The position numbers and the translations under genes are program-made. A stretch of DNA of 64,000 bases, taken from positions 32,001 to 96,000 of the forward strand of contig JBDRPL010000019.1 in NCBI GenBank assembly GCA_043827025.1. The letters are read 5' to 3'. Positions 56,150 through 64,000 of the stretch are shown here, piece by piece. The notes beneath the pieces are model-generated. The model was given only the letters and a program-made list of their open reading frames with translations. It did no database searches and was not told where the DNA came from. Origin of the DNA: Candidatus Micrarchaeota archaeon. GTDB lineage: Archaea; Micrarchaeota; Micrarchaeia; Anstonellales; Bilamarchaeaceae. Every line of letters starts with the position of its first letter. Within the stretch, counting starts at the first letter, position 1.

Positions 56150-56842
56150 TTATTTCTCCATTTCCTTCTTCAGCCTTTCGTAATCTTCTTTCTGCCCTAT
56201 ATCTATCCATATTCCTTTGAGCTCATAGGCATTTATCTTCTCGCCTTTTTCAAGCAATCTAGGAAATACGTTCTTGGCGAAATCCTCTTTCTCCCTTATG
56301 AAATCGAATACTCTTGGCTCGAAAACGTAGATCCCTGTGTTTATCATGTTCTCCACGATTGGCTTCTCTGCAAAGCTTTTCACAAATCCCTTTTCTATGT
56401 TTACGACTCCGTATTCTATTTTTGTTTTGTGCCTTTTTACTCCTACTGTTGCAATGCACTTGCTTTTTTTGTGATTAGCAATCATCTTGTCAAGGTCGAC
56501 ATCTATTATTGCGTCGCCCATGAGGACAACGAAAGTTTCCTTTAGCTTCTTTTTTGATGCTATTGTCGAGCCTGCTGTTCCAAGAGGGGCATCTTCCACG
56601 GCATATTCTATTTTCACTCCGAATTTTGAACCATCCTTGAAGTAATCTGTTATTTTTTCTTTTAAGTACCCGACAGTAAGAATGAATTCCTTGAATCCGT
56701 GTTTTTTCAGGTGCTCGATGATTATCTCGAGAATTGGTTTGCCGTTTACCATAAGCATAGGCTTTGGATTCTTATAAGTATAAGGCCTTAATCTAGTCCC
56801 TTCTCCACCACATAATATGAATACTTTCATGTTTTTACCCAT
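56150..56842 (-). CDS. Sugar-phosphate nucleotidyltransferase
   Basis: LCGGEGTRLRPYT, PKPML, EDAPLGTAG, FAEKP, INTGIY, WIDIG. Confidence 0.92.
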   Translation of the reverse strand: MGKNMKVFILCGGEGTRLRPYTYKNPKPMLMVNGKPILEIIIEHLKKHGFKEFILTVGYLKEKITDYFKDGSKFGVKIEYAVEDAPLGTAGSTIASKKKLKETFVVLMGDAIIDVDLDKMIANHKKSKCIATVGVKRHKTKIEYGVVNIEKGFVKSFAEKPIVENMINTGIYVFEPRVFDFIREKEDFAKNVFPRLLEKGEKINAYELKGIWIDIGQKEDYERLKKEMEK

Positions 56843-56863
56843 ATCCTACTTTTCATTTGCCCT

Positions 56864-57484
56864 TTAAATAGCTTGGCTCACGAGGTATCCAAGGATTCCT
56901 CCGGAAAGGGAGCATATAAAATTGGTTGTCCCCTTTGTTCCAATGCCTTTTTCTTCGAGCACGCCAAAGATGCTGTCTACTATTGATCCTCCTAGGCCAA
57001 TTAGTCCCATTAAAAGTGCGATTGTAGGTGTAACTCCATATATCAATATTGCGCTTACTCCTATAAGCGTAGCTCCTGCAAGCGACATGATTGTGCCAAG
57101 CACGCTCATAGCCCCGCTTTCTCCTGGTTTCGCAGGCTTTAAGGTGAGGAGTGAAATTGGTTTTCCGCCAAGCACACCGAATTCTGATCCGAACTTATCT
57201 GCAGTTATGGCTGCAATTGAACCTAGGTAAGGCATTATGCCAAATTGGGGAATCAGTATTGACATTATGGTTGGAAAAATGCCATTTGCAAGAACGTTTT
57301 CCCAGCTTCTTTCGTGTTCGTATATTCCCATGTCCTTTTTGGTTTGGTACTCGTATTTGGTGGCCACTACTGAAAGCCCGAGAAAAACCAATATGACTGC
57401 AAGAGCTTCGAAGCCGCCGAAGTAGACGATTATTCCGCTCATCGCCAATGCGAGGAGTATGCCCTGCTTGTCTAGGAAAAGCAC
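56864..57484 (-). CDS. DUF92/TMEM19-family membrane protein
   Basis: RSWENVLANG, ADKFGSEFG, PGESGAMSVLGT, DSIFG. Confidence 0.88.
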   Translation of the reverse strand: MLFLDKQGILLALAMSGIIVYFGGFEALAVILVFLGLSVVATKYEYQTKKDMGIYEHERSWENVLANGIFPTIMSILIPQFGIMPYLGSIAAITADKFGSEFGVLGGKPISLLTLKPAKPGESGAMSVLGTIMSLAGATLIGVSAILIYGVTPTIALLMGLIGLGGSIVDSIFGVLEEKGIGTKGTTNFICSLSGGILGYLVSQAI

Positions 57485-57516
57485 ATTTTCACCATTGTTT
57501 TGTTAGGAGCCATCGC

Positions 57517-57810
57517 TTATCTCTTGATTAGTATTTCTATGGCAGACACGTTGTTCATCGATCCATCTTCAGATGTCAACTGCTCTGTTTTTATCACAAT
57601 ATCCTTAATTTTTGCATTCGGCATGAACCTGTTCCTTACTATTTCCGTGACATCTACAGCCCTTGAAATAAGTTTTCCCCTTGCCTTTACAGCCACTTCT
57701 TCAGCGCCGTTGTTGAATTGGGTTACCACTGCCAGTACATATCCCATTGTACCTTTCTTACCTATGAATACCGTGTTGTCGTCTTTTCTTTCGTCGTTTT
57801 CTGCGTCCAT
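57517..57810 (-). CDS. albA: DNA/RNA-binding protein Alba
   Basis: VFIGKKGTMGYVLAV, KARGKLISRAVDV, VSAIEI; GAGGTG RBS before ATG 57810. Confidence 0.95.
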   Translation of the reverse strand: MDAENDERKDDNTVFIGKKGTMGYVLAVVTQFNNGAEEVAVKARGKLISRAVDVTEIVRNRFMPNAKIKDIVIKTEQLTSEDGSMNNVSAIEILIKR

Positions 57811-57922
57811 GTGTTGCACCTCTTGGTTTTATAGGTCTCCTTATATTTATAAAATGTTAATTTCTGATACAAAGCATATTTTTAAATGTATCCGATTATA
57901 AAGCTATAAACTTTTACAATTT

Positions 57923-58000
57923 ACTGAGGTTCATGTACTACAAATTCTATGGGTTTTAGTACAGTTGTGAACGTATAAAACGTTCACTTGAGAACTTAGT
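57923..58000 (+). promoter_or_regulatory. Structured leader (three-way junction) upstream of rpl10e
   Basis: ACTGAG(G)TTC/GAACTTAGT encloses TGTACTA...TAGTACA and GTGAACGT-ATAAA-ACGTTCAC. Confidence 0.5.
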
Positions 58001-58027
58001 TGAATGTGAGTATTAAGGTGAATATTT

Positions 58028-58543
58028 ATGGGTATAAGACCAAGCAAAGCACTTAGGGATCCGGATAAGGTTGCATGGACTAGGTTTTCAAAATCAAAGC
58101 CTAAGAAATCATACATCAAGGCAATGCCTCATAGGGATTTAAATACCTTCAGGACCGGCATAAAGAAAGAGGATTATGATGCAACCATTGATCTTGTAAG
58201 CACAAAAGATATGATTGTCAGGGATAATTCCATAGAGAGTTCAAGGCAGACCCTAAACAAACATCTTGAAAAAGGACTTCCAGGAGCTTACTATTTCATA
58301 GTGAGGACGTACCCTCATCACGTTATAAGAGAAAACAAGATGATTGCAGGTGCAGGTGCAGACCGTCTTCAAAAAGGTATGCGACAGTCTTTCGGAAGAC
58401 CGACAGATAGGGCTGCAAGGGTCATGAAAGGTACAGCAATCTTCACAGTATTGACTTACAAATCGAATGTTCCTCTTGTGGCTGATGCGATGGCGCGATG
58501 CAAGAAGAAACTTTGTGGTTTCTACAAAGTCGTTGCAGCATAA
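58028..58543 (+). CDS. rpl10e: 50S ribosomal protein L10e/uL16
   Basis: IESSRQ, YPHHVIRENKMIAGAGADRLQKGMRQSFGRP. Confidence 0.96.
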   Translation: MGIRPSKALRDPDKVAWTRFSKSKPKKSYIKAMPHRDLNTFRTGIKKEDYDATIDLVSTKDMIVRDNSIESSRQTLNKHLEKGLPGAYYFIVRTYPHHVIRENKMIAGAGADRLQKGMRQSFGRPTDRAARVMKGTAIFTVLTYKSNVPLVADAMARCKKKLCGFYKVVAA

Positions 58544-58662
58544 ATGTCCAATTCATTTCATTTATCTATTAATTTCCAATTCATTTTCATCTTTGTTTTT
58601 GTTGTCCGTTCGGTTCGAATCGGATTTTTAAACTTATCTGGTCATAAATTGTAACAGGTAAT

Positions 58663-60819
58663 ATGATGAAACTCAGCCTAGACGATGCGCTCATTAGTAC
58701 TGACATAGACAAACTAATCAGATTCATTTCTGAAAAGCAGAAAACTACTTTGAAGGATGTGGAATCTGGCACAGGAGTTGAAAGAAGGACTATAGAAAAA
58801 TGGATAAAAGTTCTTGAGGATGAGGGGTACCTTGATATAGATTACAAACTCACTTCCACTTATTTGATATGGAAGGGTATGCCTCTTGATGTTAGTGCGC
58901 AGGCATCTACTCAAAAAAAACCAGAAGAAAAGAAATTTTTCAATGTTTTTGAACGCACCCCTACAATTTCCAAAGATGTGGTGGAGAAAACAGAGGTCTC
59001 AGATGTCCTGAAGGTTGATGAAAAAACAGTGCAGCTCCAATCAGATTCCAGTACTGAGTCTGCACGACAGAATCTAAATCCAGAACTGACATTCGAACCT
59101 CAACATACCAACATATTTTCACGTGAAATTTCGAACGAAGTAATCTCTTCTGAGCCGCAGGATGAACAGGATGTGGTTTCAAACGAAGAATCTTTGGATG
59201 TAGACCGGCTGAATTCTTTTGAGAAGGGTGAGTTCACAAACAGCCCCTTGATAGATGAAGCTCAAAGTACTATTGAAAAAGAGAATGAAAACGAAAGCAT
59301 TGATTCAACTGAAGGGAATAATGGGAAAGGTGCGTATGAAGAACTTGATATGAGCAAGTTGGATTCAATAGATGAGAACATCACAAGCAATGCAGACGAA
59401 GTTGATTATGTTTCGAAATCAAGCAACCTGTATAGATCCAAATTCCTTTCAGGTGATGGCGATTCAGATGAAGGTGGCGATGAGGGCAGGGAGAACAAGG
59501 AGGACACAGCAGTTGCTTCCAGAACTGCAAACGAAGGCGAATCCGAATCTTTAGTTCCTGATGATTCTTGGAGCCTACGAAAAGTTCCTGAACGAGAATC
59601 TGCAACATTGAGAAAAACCCATGAGGTCTCCAAACAGCCTAATGACCTAAAGAAAGCGCTTAACACTTATCTTAATGAAATGAGCGAGACTAAAAACGAA
59701 CTTGAAAGTCTCAAGCAGGAAAAAGCAAGAATACATCGCGAGAATTTCACTGAAATAGAGAGAAAGATGGAAGCGGACATCGTTTCACTTACTGAGAAAA
59801 TACTGGAGAAGGAAAGCAGGATACTTGAGCTCAAGGAAAGGTATATGGAGCTTCCTGACAAGGTTGATGAAATAGAAGTGATGGACAAGCGGGTCAAAGA
59901 ACTGCGTGATACCTGCACATCAGTTGTTTCAAGGAATAAGCAGCTTCTCCAGAGATTATCTGAAGATTCCTCTTCAGGGCAGAAGATTGCCCAGAAGAAA
60001 AGCCATGAGATTGAGGAAATTCTAGAGACGGAACGTGAAAAATTAAACTCAATGGAAAGCATTAAGGAAGATGTCTATGGCCAGATTTCTGAAATGGAGG
60101 AAAGGCTACATGGCAATGAAGAGCTCATGGATGTCCTTAACCAAAAAATCCAGGACTTGAGATCCGCATTGGCCCAGTCTGAAGAGCATAAGGAAGAGAT
60201 CTCTTCTCTTGAACAGGAGCTCAAGGACTCGATAGAATCCCGAGAAGCGCAGCTCGAACAGACAAATTCCTATTTAGAAGATCTTAAATCAGTTGAGCGG
60301 AATATCTCTGAATATCTGCATGATTATGAGGACCGACTCAGCGAGATAGATAAATACATTGTGGAAAGCGAACATGAACTTGCTGAGATACGAGAAGCTG
60401 CAGAAGCAGAGCAAATGCAGACATACGTACAGGATCTTGATGATCTTATAGGCCATTATGAGAATGAGCTTGAGGAGACTTCTGCACAGGAGAATGATAT
60501 TGAAAAACAGATTAGTTTTACCCGAAAGAGATTGCAGGACCTGGTTGCTGAAAGCAGGGGCCTCATAAAGAACTCGCGGCATATCTCGAATCTGGATTAT
60601 GAGCGCATATCTTCCAAAAGCAAGGAAAGGGTCGAGAAGATGAAGTCCATGCTTGATGAGAAGAGAAGGCAGAGGGAATCTGTTATGCAGGTTTTTAGGT
60701 CAGATGACCACGAATCTGAGGATTCGGAAGAAGTTGTCAGGCCTGCTGTGAAAGAGAAATCTTCAAGGTCAAAGACGAAATCCTCAAAATCAAAGAAGAA
60801 ATCCAAAAGAAAGAAGTAA
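58663..60819 (+). CDS. Winged-helix / acidic linker / long coiled-coil protein
   Basis: N-terminal TDIDKLI...IEKWIKVLEDEGYLDIDY; acidic low-complexity middle; E/K/L heptad region; Lys/Ser tail. Confidence 0.8.
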   Translation: MMKLSLDDALISTDIDKLIRFISEKQKTTLKDVESGTGVERRTIEKWIKVLEDEGYLDIDYKLTSTYLIWKGMPLDVSAQASTQKKPEEKKFFNVFERTPTISKDVVEKTEVSDVLKVDEKTVQLQSDSSTESARQNLNPELTFEPQHTNIFSREISNEVISSEPQDEQDVVSNEESLDVDRLNSFEKGEFTNSPLIDEAQSTIEKENENESIDSTEGNNGKGAYEELDMSKLDSIDENITSNADEVDYVSKSSNLYRSKFLSGDGDSDEGGDEGRENKEDTAVASRTANEGESESLVPDDSWSLRKVPERESATLRKTHEVSKQPNDLKKALNTYLNEMSETKNELESLKQEKARIHRENFTEIERKMEADIVSLTEKILEKESRILELKERYMELPDKVDEIEVMDKRVKELRDTCTSVVSRNKQLLQRLSEDSSSGQKIAQKKSHEIEEILETEREKLNSMESIKEDVYGQISEMEERLHGNEELMDVLNQKIQDLRSALAQSEEHKEEISSLEQELKDSIESREAQLEQTNSYLEDLKSVERNISEYLHDYEDRLSEIDKYIVESEHELAEIREAAEAEQMQTYVQDLDDLIGHYENELEETSAQENDIEKQISFTRKRLQDLVAESRGLIKNSRHISNLDYERISSKSKERVEKMKSMLDEKRRQRESVMQVFRSDDHESEDSEEVVRPAVKEKSSRSKTKSSKSKKKSKRKK

Positions 60820-60833
60820 TCCTAAATGCAATT

Positions 60834-61388
60834 CTAATCGGATCGAAGTTTTTGTTGTTCAATGCTTTCCTTTCTTGTTCTTGCATCGTCAACTATGGCA
60901 AGCCACGAATCGCCTATTTTCATCATGTAGTTACCGAATGTTTTGCTCAATGATATCTTCATAGGCCTGAATTTTCTCTTGCTTTCAACTGCGACAATCG
61001 TTTCCCTTTCTATTTTTATCATTCCTACTCTTCTCAACCGTGGAAGCACCCTGTTGTAGAATGTAGCCTTTGAGATTGAATTAGAGTGTATGAATTCAGA
61101 GATGTCGCTTCCTGAAATCTGGGGTTTTTTGTTCACTACTTTGAGGAATCCTAGCGCAATCTCATAGTATCTGGTTTGGTATTTTTTGGAGAATACGAAA
61201 TTTGTAACTTCTTCAAGCGACCACAGGTTCCTTGTCAGGTTTTCATCCTTATCTTGAAAGTTCCTTAGCTCTTCGCTGTTGAATGGAGGGAAATAGAGAG
61301 ATTCGGATGAAGGTATTCCTCTGGATGCTATCTGTTTTCTGTCTTCAGTTTTGGGTTTAGAGTTTTGGTCTTCTTTTTCTTCTGGCAT
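60834..61388 (-). CDS. Hypothetical protein with HTH-like region
   Basis: ISKATFYNRVLPRLRRVGMI. Confidence 0.7.
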   Translation of the reverse strand: MPEEKEDQNSKPKTEDRKQIASRGIPSSESLYFPPFNSEELRNFQDKDENLTRNLWSLEEVTNFVFSKKYQTRYYEIALGFLKVVNKKPQISGSDISEFIHSNSISKATFYNRVLPRLRRVGMIKIERETIVAVESKRKFRPMKISLSKTFGNYMMKIGDSWLAIVDDARTRKESIEQQKLRSD

Positions 61389-61443
61389 GCTATTAGAATG
61401 TAGAAAAAGAATATAAGTTTATATGGCCCAAGGCAATTATTCA

Positions 61444-61758
61444 CTATCCAAAAATATCCCCAAGGCCTGATTCTGCCGACTCTTCTTCCTTTTCTATCTT
61501 CTCCACGACCCTCTGCTCTACTTTGCAGTCTGCAGGCTTTGCCATTTCTTTTAATTTGGCATCTGCCTTCTTTATGAAATCTTCAGATGCAGAGAGGTAA
61601 ATATATAGCTTTTTCTCATCTTCGCCTACTGCCGCACCCTCCTTCAATTTATATCCTATACGTGCAAAGCTGTCTTCTGCATAAGGGTCTGCTTCAAGTA
61701 TTGCCAGCATTTCCTTCTTTTTAACGATATCGCATTCATACACTCGTTTCATTAACAT
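61444..61758 (-). CDS. Hypothetical protein
   Basis: 104-aa ORF ending GLGDIFG; GAGGT RBS upstream. Confidence 0.7.
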   Translation of the reverse strand: MLMKRVYECDIVKKKEMLAILEADPYAEDSFARIGYKLKEGAAVGEDEKKLYIYLSASEDFIKKADAKLKEMAKPADCKVEQRVVEKIEKEEESAESGLGDIFG

Positions 61759-62560
61759 AACCTCGCTTGTTGCCTGACTTTACAGGCATACTTTTGATGG
61801 CCTGTTCACATAATTCTACTTGTGCAAGTGTTAATAAAGGGTGTAGTACGATTATGTTTGGAAGCAGGAAAATCGGCACCAGCAGGAGTATATAAATTTC
61901 CTGGAACACAGTGAAGTACAGCACCAGTGGGATTACAGGAAGCATCCAGAAGAAGGCGTATGCTGCATATATGGCCAATGCCAGGATGTGTTTTCGCCTA
62001 AGCATCCCGAATCCGCTTTTGATTGCACTGCCTATGGAGCCTGTTGTTTTTGCCATATAAATGAATGCTCCGAAGAACAAAAAGTACATGAGGAAAATGA
62101 GGGACACTGTCAGAAGCCCGATCACGACCTCTATATAAGGAAGGTTCATGTCCTTGAGCGCTAGGGAATAGGCTGCGAGTATAGGAGCAACGAATACTAA
62201 TATCAGGGTAAGCCTGATGACTCCTATGCCGAAGAACTTCGGTGCGTTCCTTGTGGCAAAGCCAAAGAATTCCATGAATCCCATTTTCTTGCCCATGTCC
62301 GAATATGCCCTGAGCATGGCACCCTTGAATCCACAGGATAGGTACATGAATGTGAAAAACAGTACCATGCCTATGCTTCCGATCACAGTCATATTGAATT
62401 CAAGCCTTAGGAATGAAAACAAATAGAACATCAGGAAAAAAACCCCGAGTGCAGTGAATATGGTCAAAAGCTGAAAGAAGATGTACTGGAAGTTAGTGAT
62501 GATTATTGATATAGGTCTTCTTCTATAATTCTGAAAAGCGCGTGAAAGTTCTTCGAACAA
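61736..62560 (-). CDS. Polytopic membrane protein
   Basis: About six hydrophobic segments; TTG start with GGTGG RBS. Confidence 0.7.
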   Translation of the reverse strand: MFEELSRAFQNYRRRPISIIITNFQYIFFQLLTIFTALGVFFLMFYLFSFLRLEFNMTVIGSIGMVLFFTFMYLSCGFKGAMLRAYSDMGKKMGFMEFFGFATRNAPKFFGIGVIRLTLILVFVAPILAAYSLALKDMNLPYIEVVIGLLTVSLIFLMYFLFFGAFIYMAKTTGSIGSAIKSGFGMLRRKHILALAIYAAYAFFWMLPVIPLVLYFTVFQEIYILLLVPIFLLPNIIVLHPLLTLAQVELCEQAIKSMPVKSGNKRGYVNETSV

Positions 62561-62650
62561 GATACCACCGGTTTTATTTCAAAAGCAAACTATTTAAATC
62601 CTCATCTCACCATTCTAATTTAGTTATTGTATCTGTGCAGGTCGTATTCC

Positions 62651-64000
62651 ATGGTAAAAGTCTCAAGGTGCATGAGCACCCAGCATCCGGATAATATCAA
62701 CACGCCTTTTTTTTCTGATTCAGAAGTTCTCGCAGGCGAGGCTGAGATAAAAGAGGCATTTTATGTATTTTCCCAGCTTGGCTGCCGTGAGCAGATGTGG
62801 GATAGCGAAGGAAAGGAAGTGGATGATGAAGTAATAGAAAAGCTCATCTCAAAATATACGGAGTTCTTCAAGAAAAACATAATAGGGAAGGACGTTTTTT
62901 TGACATATCGTGTTCCCAATCCCAGTGTGCAGAAAGAACAGGGCAAAGTTCTTTTGGAAACTTTGCATAGCATTCCCCGTGCATTCGATGTTGCGCAGGT
63001 GCTTGGCCAGAACGTGGCTCCCATTTTCGAAGTCATACTCCCAATGACGACTTCTTCGCAGGAACTGGAAATGATTCGTAATTATTATGAGCGCGTCATT
63101 ATTGGCCAAAAGAATGCAAAAGTAAGCCCTTCCAAGACTGTCCGGGAATGGGTGGGGGATTTCCAGCCAGAACATATAGATGTGATACCTCTTTTTGAGT
63201 CCTATGAGGCATTTGCCAATTCGTCTAATATCATTGAGCAGTACCTATCAGGCAAGAGACAGGAGTATCAGCGCGTATTTTATGCACGAAGCGACCCTGC
63301 ACTCAACTATGGGAGCGTTAGCGCAGTTCTTATGGCCAAGATGGCTCTTTTTGACATGCAGGAAGTGCAGGAGAAGCTGAGTATTGACATATTCCCGATT
63401 CTTGGTGTCGGAAGCGCACCATTCAGGGGGAATTTTAGGCCTGACAATGTGAGCAATTGCGGAGAGGAATATCCGAGCGTCCAGACATTTACAATTCAAT
63501 CTTCATTCAAATACGACCATCCTTTCAGGGATGTCGCGAATGCCATTGATATGCTTAATACCAGCAGACGGGGCCAGGCTCCGCATATCGAGAAGAAATC
63601 CGCGACCAAATATATTCACAAGATAAAGGATGAGTATCAAAAGCAGATAGTAAGTGTTGCAGATATAATAAATACGGTTTCTGCTTACATTCCGTCTCGC
63701 AGGAGCAGGAAACTCCATGTTGGTCTGTTTGGATATTCCCGGTCGCTCAAAGGCATTACGCTTCCGCGTGCAATCAAATTCTGCGGTGCATTCTATTCGC
63801 TTGGCGTTCCAGCGGAATTGCTTGGTTTGAATGCATTGACTGAAAAGGAATTCGAAGGCCTTCATGAGTTTTATCTCAGGTTTGACGATGATCTGAAAGA
63901 TATTTGCAAGTATGTCAATGTCAGGAACATAAAGAAAATGCCTAAAAATGTAAGCAATGGATTGCTGAAAGTCCTTGAATGGGTTGACTATGAAGAGGAT
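62651..64000 (+). CDS. ppcA: Archaeal-type phosphoenolpyruvate carboxylase (3' truncated; absent from the ORF track)
   Basis: ATG 62651 reads MVKVSRCMSTQHPDN...EQMWDSEGKEVD; further PpcA motifs LTYRVPNP, FEVILPMT, ARSDPALNYG, GSAPFRG, LPRAIKF; runs off the window. Confidence 0.94.
   Translation, partial: MVKVSRCMSTQHPDNINTPFFSDSEVLAGEAEIKEAFYVFSQLGCREQMWDSEGKEVDDEVIEKLISKYTEFFKKNIIGKDVFLTYRVPNPSVQKEQGKVLLETLHSIPRAFDVAQVLGQNVAPIFEVILPMTTSSQELEMIRNYYERVIIGQKNAKVSPSKTVREWVGDFQPEHIDVIPLFESYEAFANSSNIIEQYLSGKRQEYQRVFYARSDPALNYGSVSAVLMAKMALFDMQEVQEKLSIDIFPILGVGSAPFRGNFRPDNVSNCGEEYPSVQTFTIQSSFKYDHPFRDVANAIDMLNTSRRGQAPHIEKKSATKYIHKIKDEYQKQIVSVADIINTVSAYIPSRRSRKLHVGLFGYSRSLKGITLPRAIKFCGAFYSLGVPAELLGLNALTEKEFEGLHEFYLRFDDDLKDICKYVNVRNIKKMPKNVSNGLLKVLEWVDYEED

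Noticed and set aside
58663..60819. SMC subunit to accompany scpA/scpB
   Set aside because: No Walker A/B, signature motif or hinge.
1..64000. CRISPR array, rRNA, transposase, integrase or provirus
   Set aside because: No regularly spaced repeats, no long GC-rich non-coding tract, and no recognisable recombinase or viral motifs.

Overview
Gene-dense, AT-rich archaeal chromosome segment. Gene content and style suggest a DPANN archaeon, probably Micrarchaeota-like (inference only). Housekeeping genes: rpoA2-rpl30e-nusA, purA, asnA, speE, scpA/scpB, tuf, asnS, valS, ncsA plus a SAMP/ThiS carrier, eno, sepF, sppA, dnaG, aspS, surE, class II HMG-CoA reductase, AglH-like transferase, alba, rpl10e and ppcA. 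Also present are a five-gene class III signal-peptide (pilin-like) operon, several Cys-rich surface proteins, a TPR-AAA ATPase and a CBS4-HPF hibernation-type protein. About ten isolated Arg-rich orphan or atypical genes sit singly between core genes. The strongest direct observations are non-coding and absent from the ORF track: (1) a tRNA-Asp(GTC) with three splice-motif-bounded introns at 15/16, 37/38 and 59/60; (2) a tRNA-Ser(TGA) with an intron at the same 15/16 site; (3) a ~200-nt heavily structured, cloverleaf-containing leader before EF-1alpha; (4) a three-way-junction leader before rpl10e; (5) a 37-bp promoter module duplicated before two unrelated orphans. I found no CRISPR array, rRNA, transposase or integrase. 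Protein calls come from motif recognition by eye, and RNA structures from manual base-pairing.
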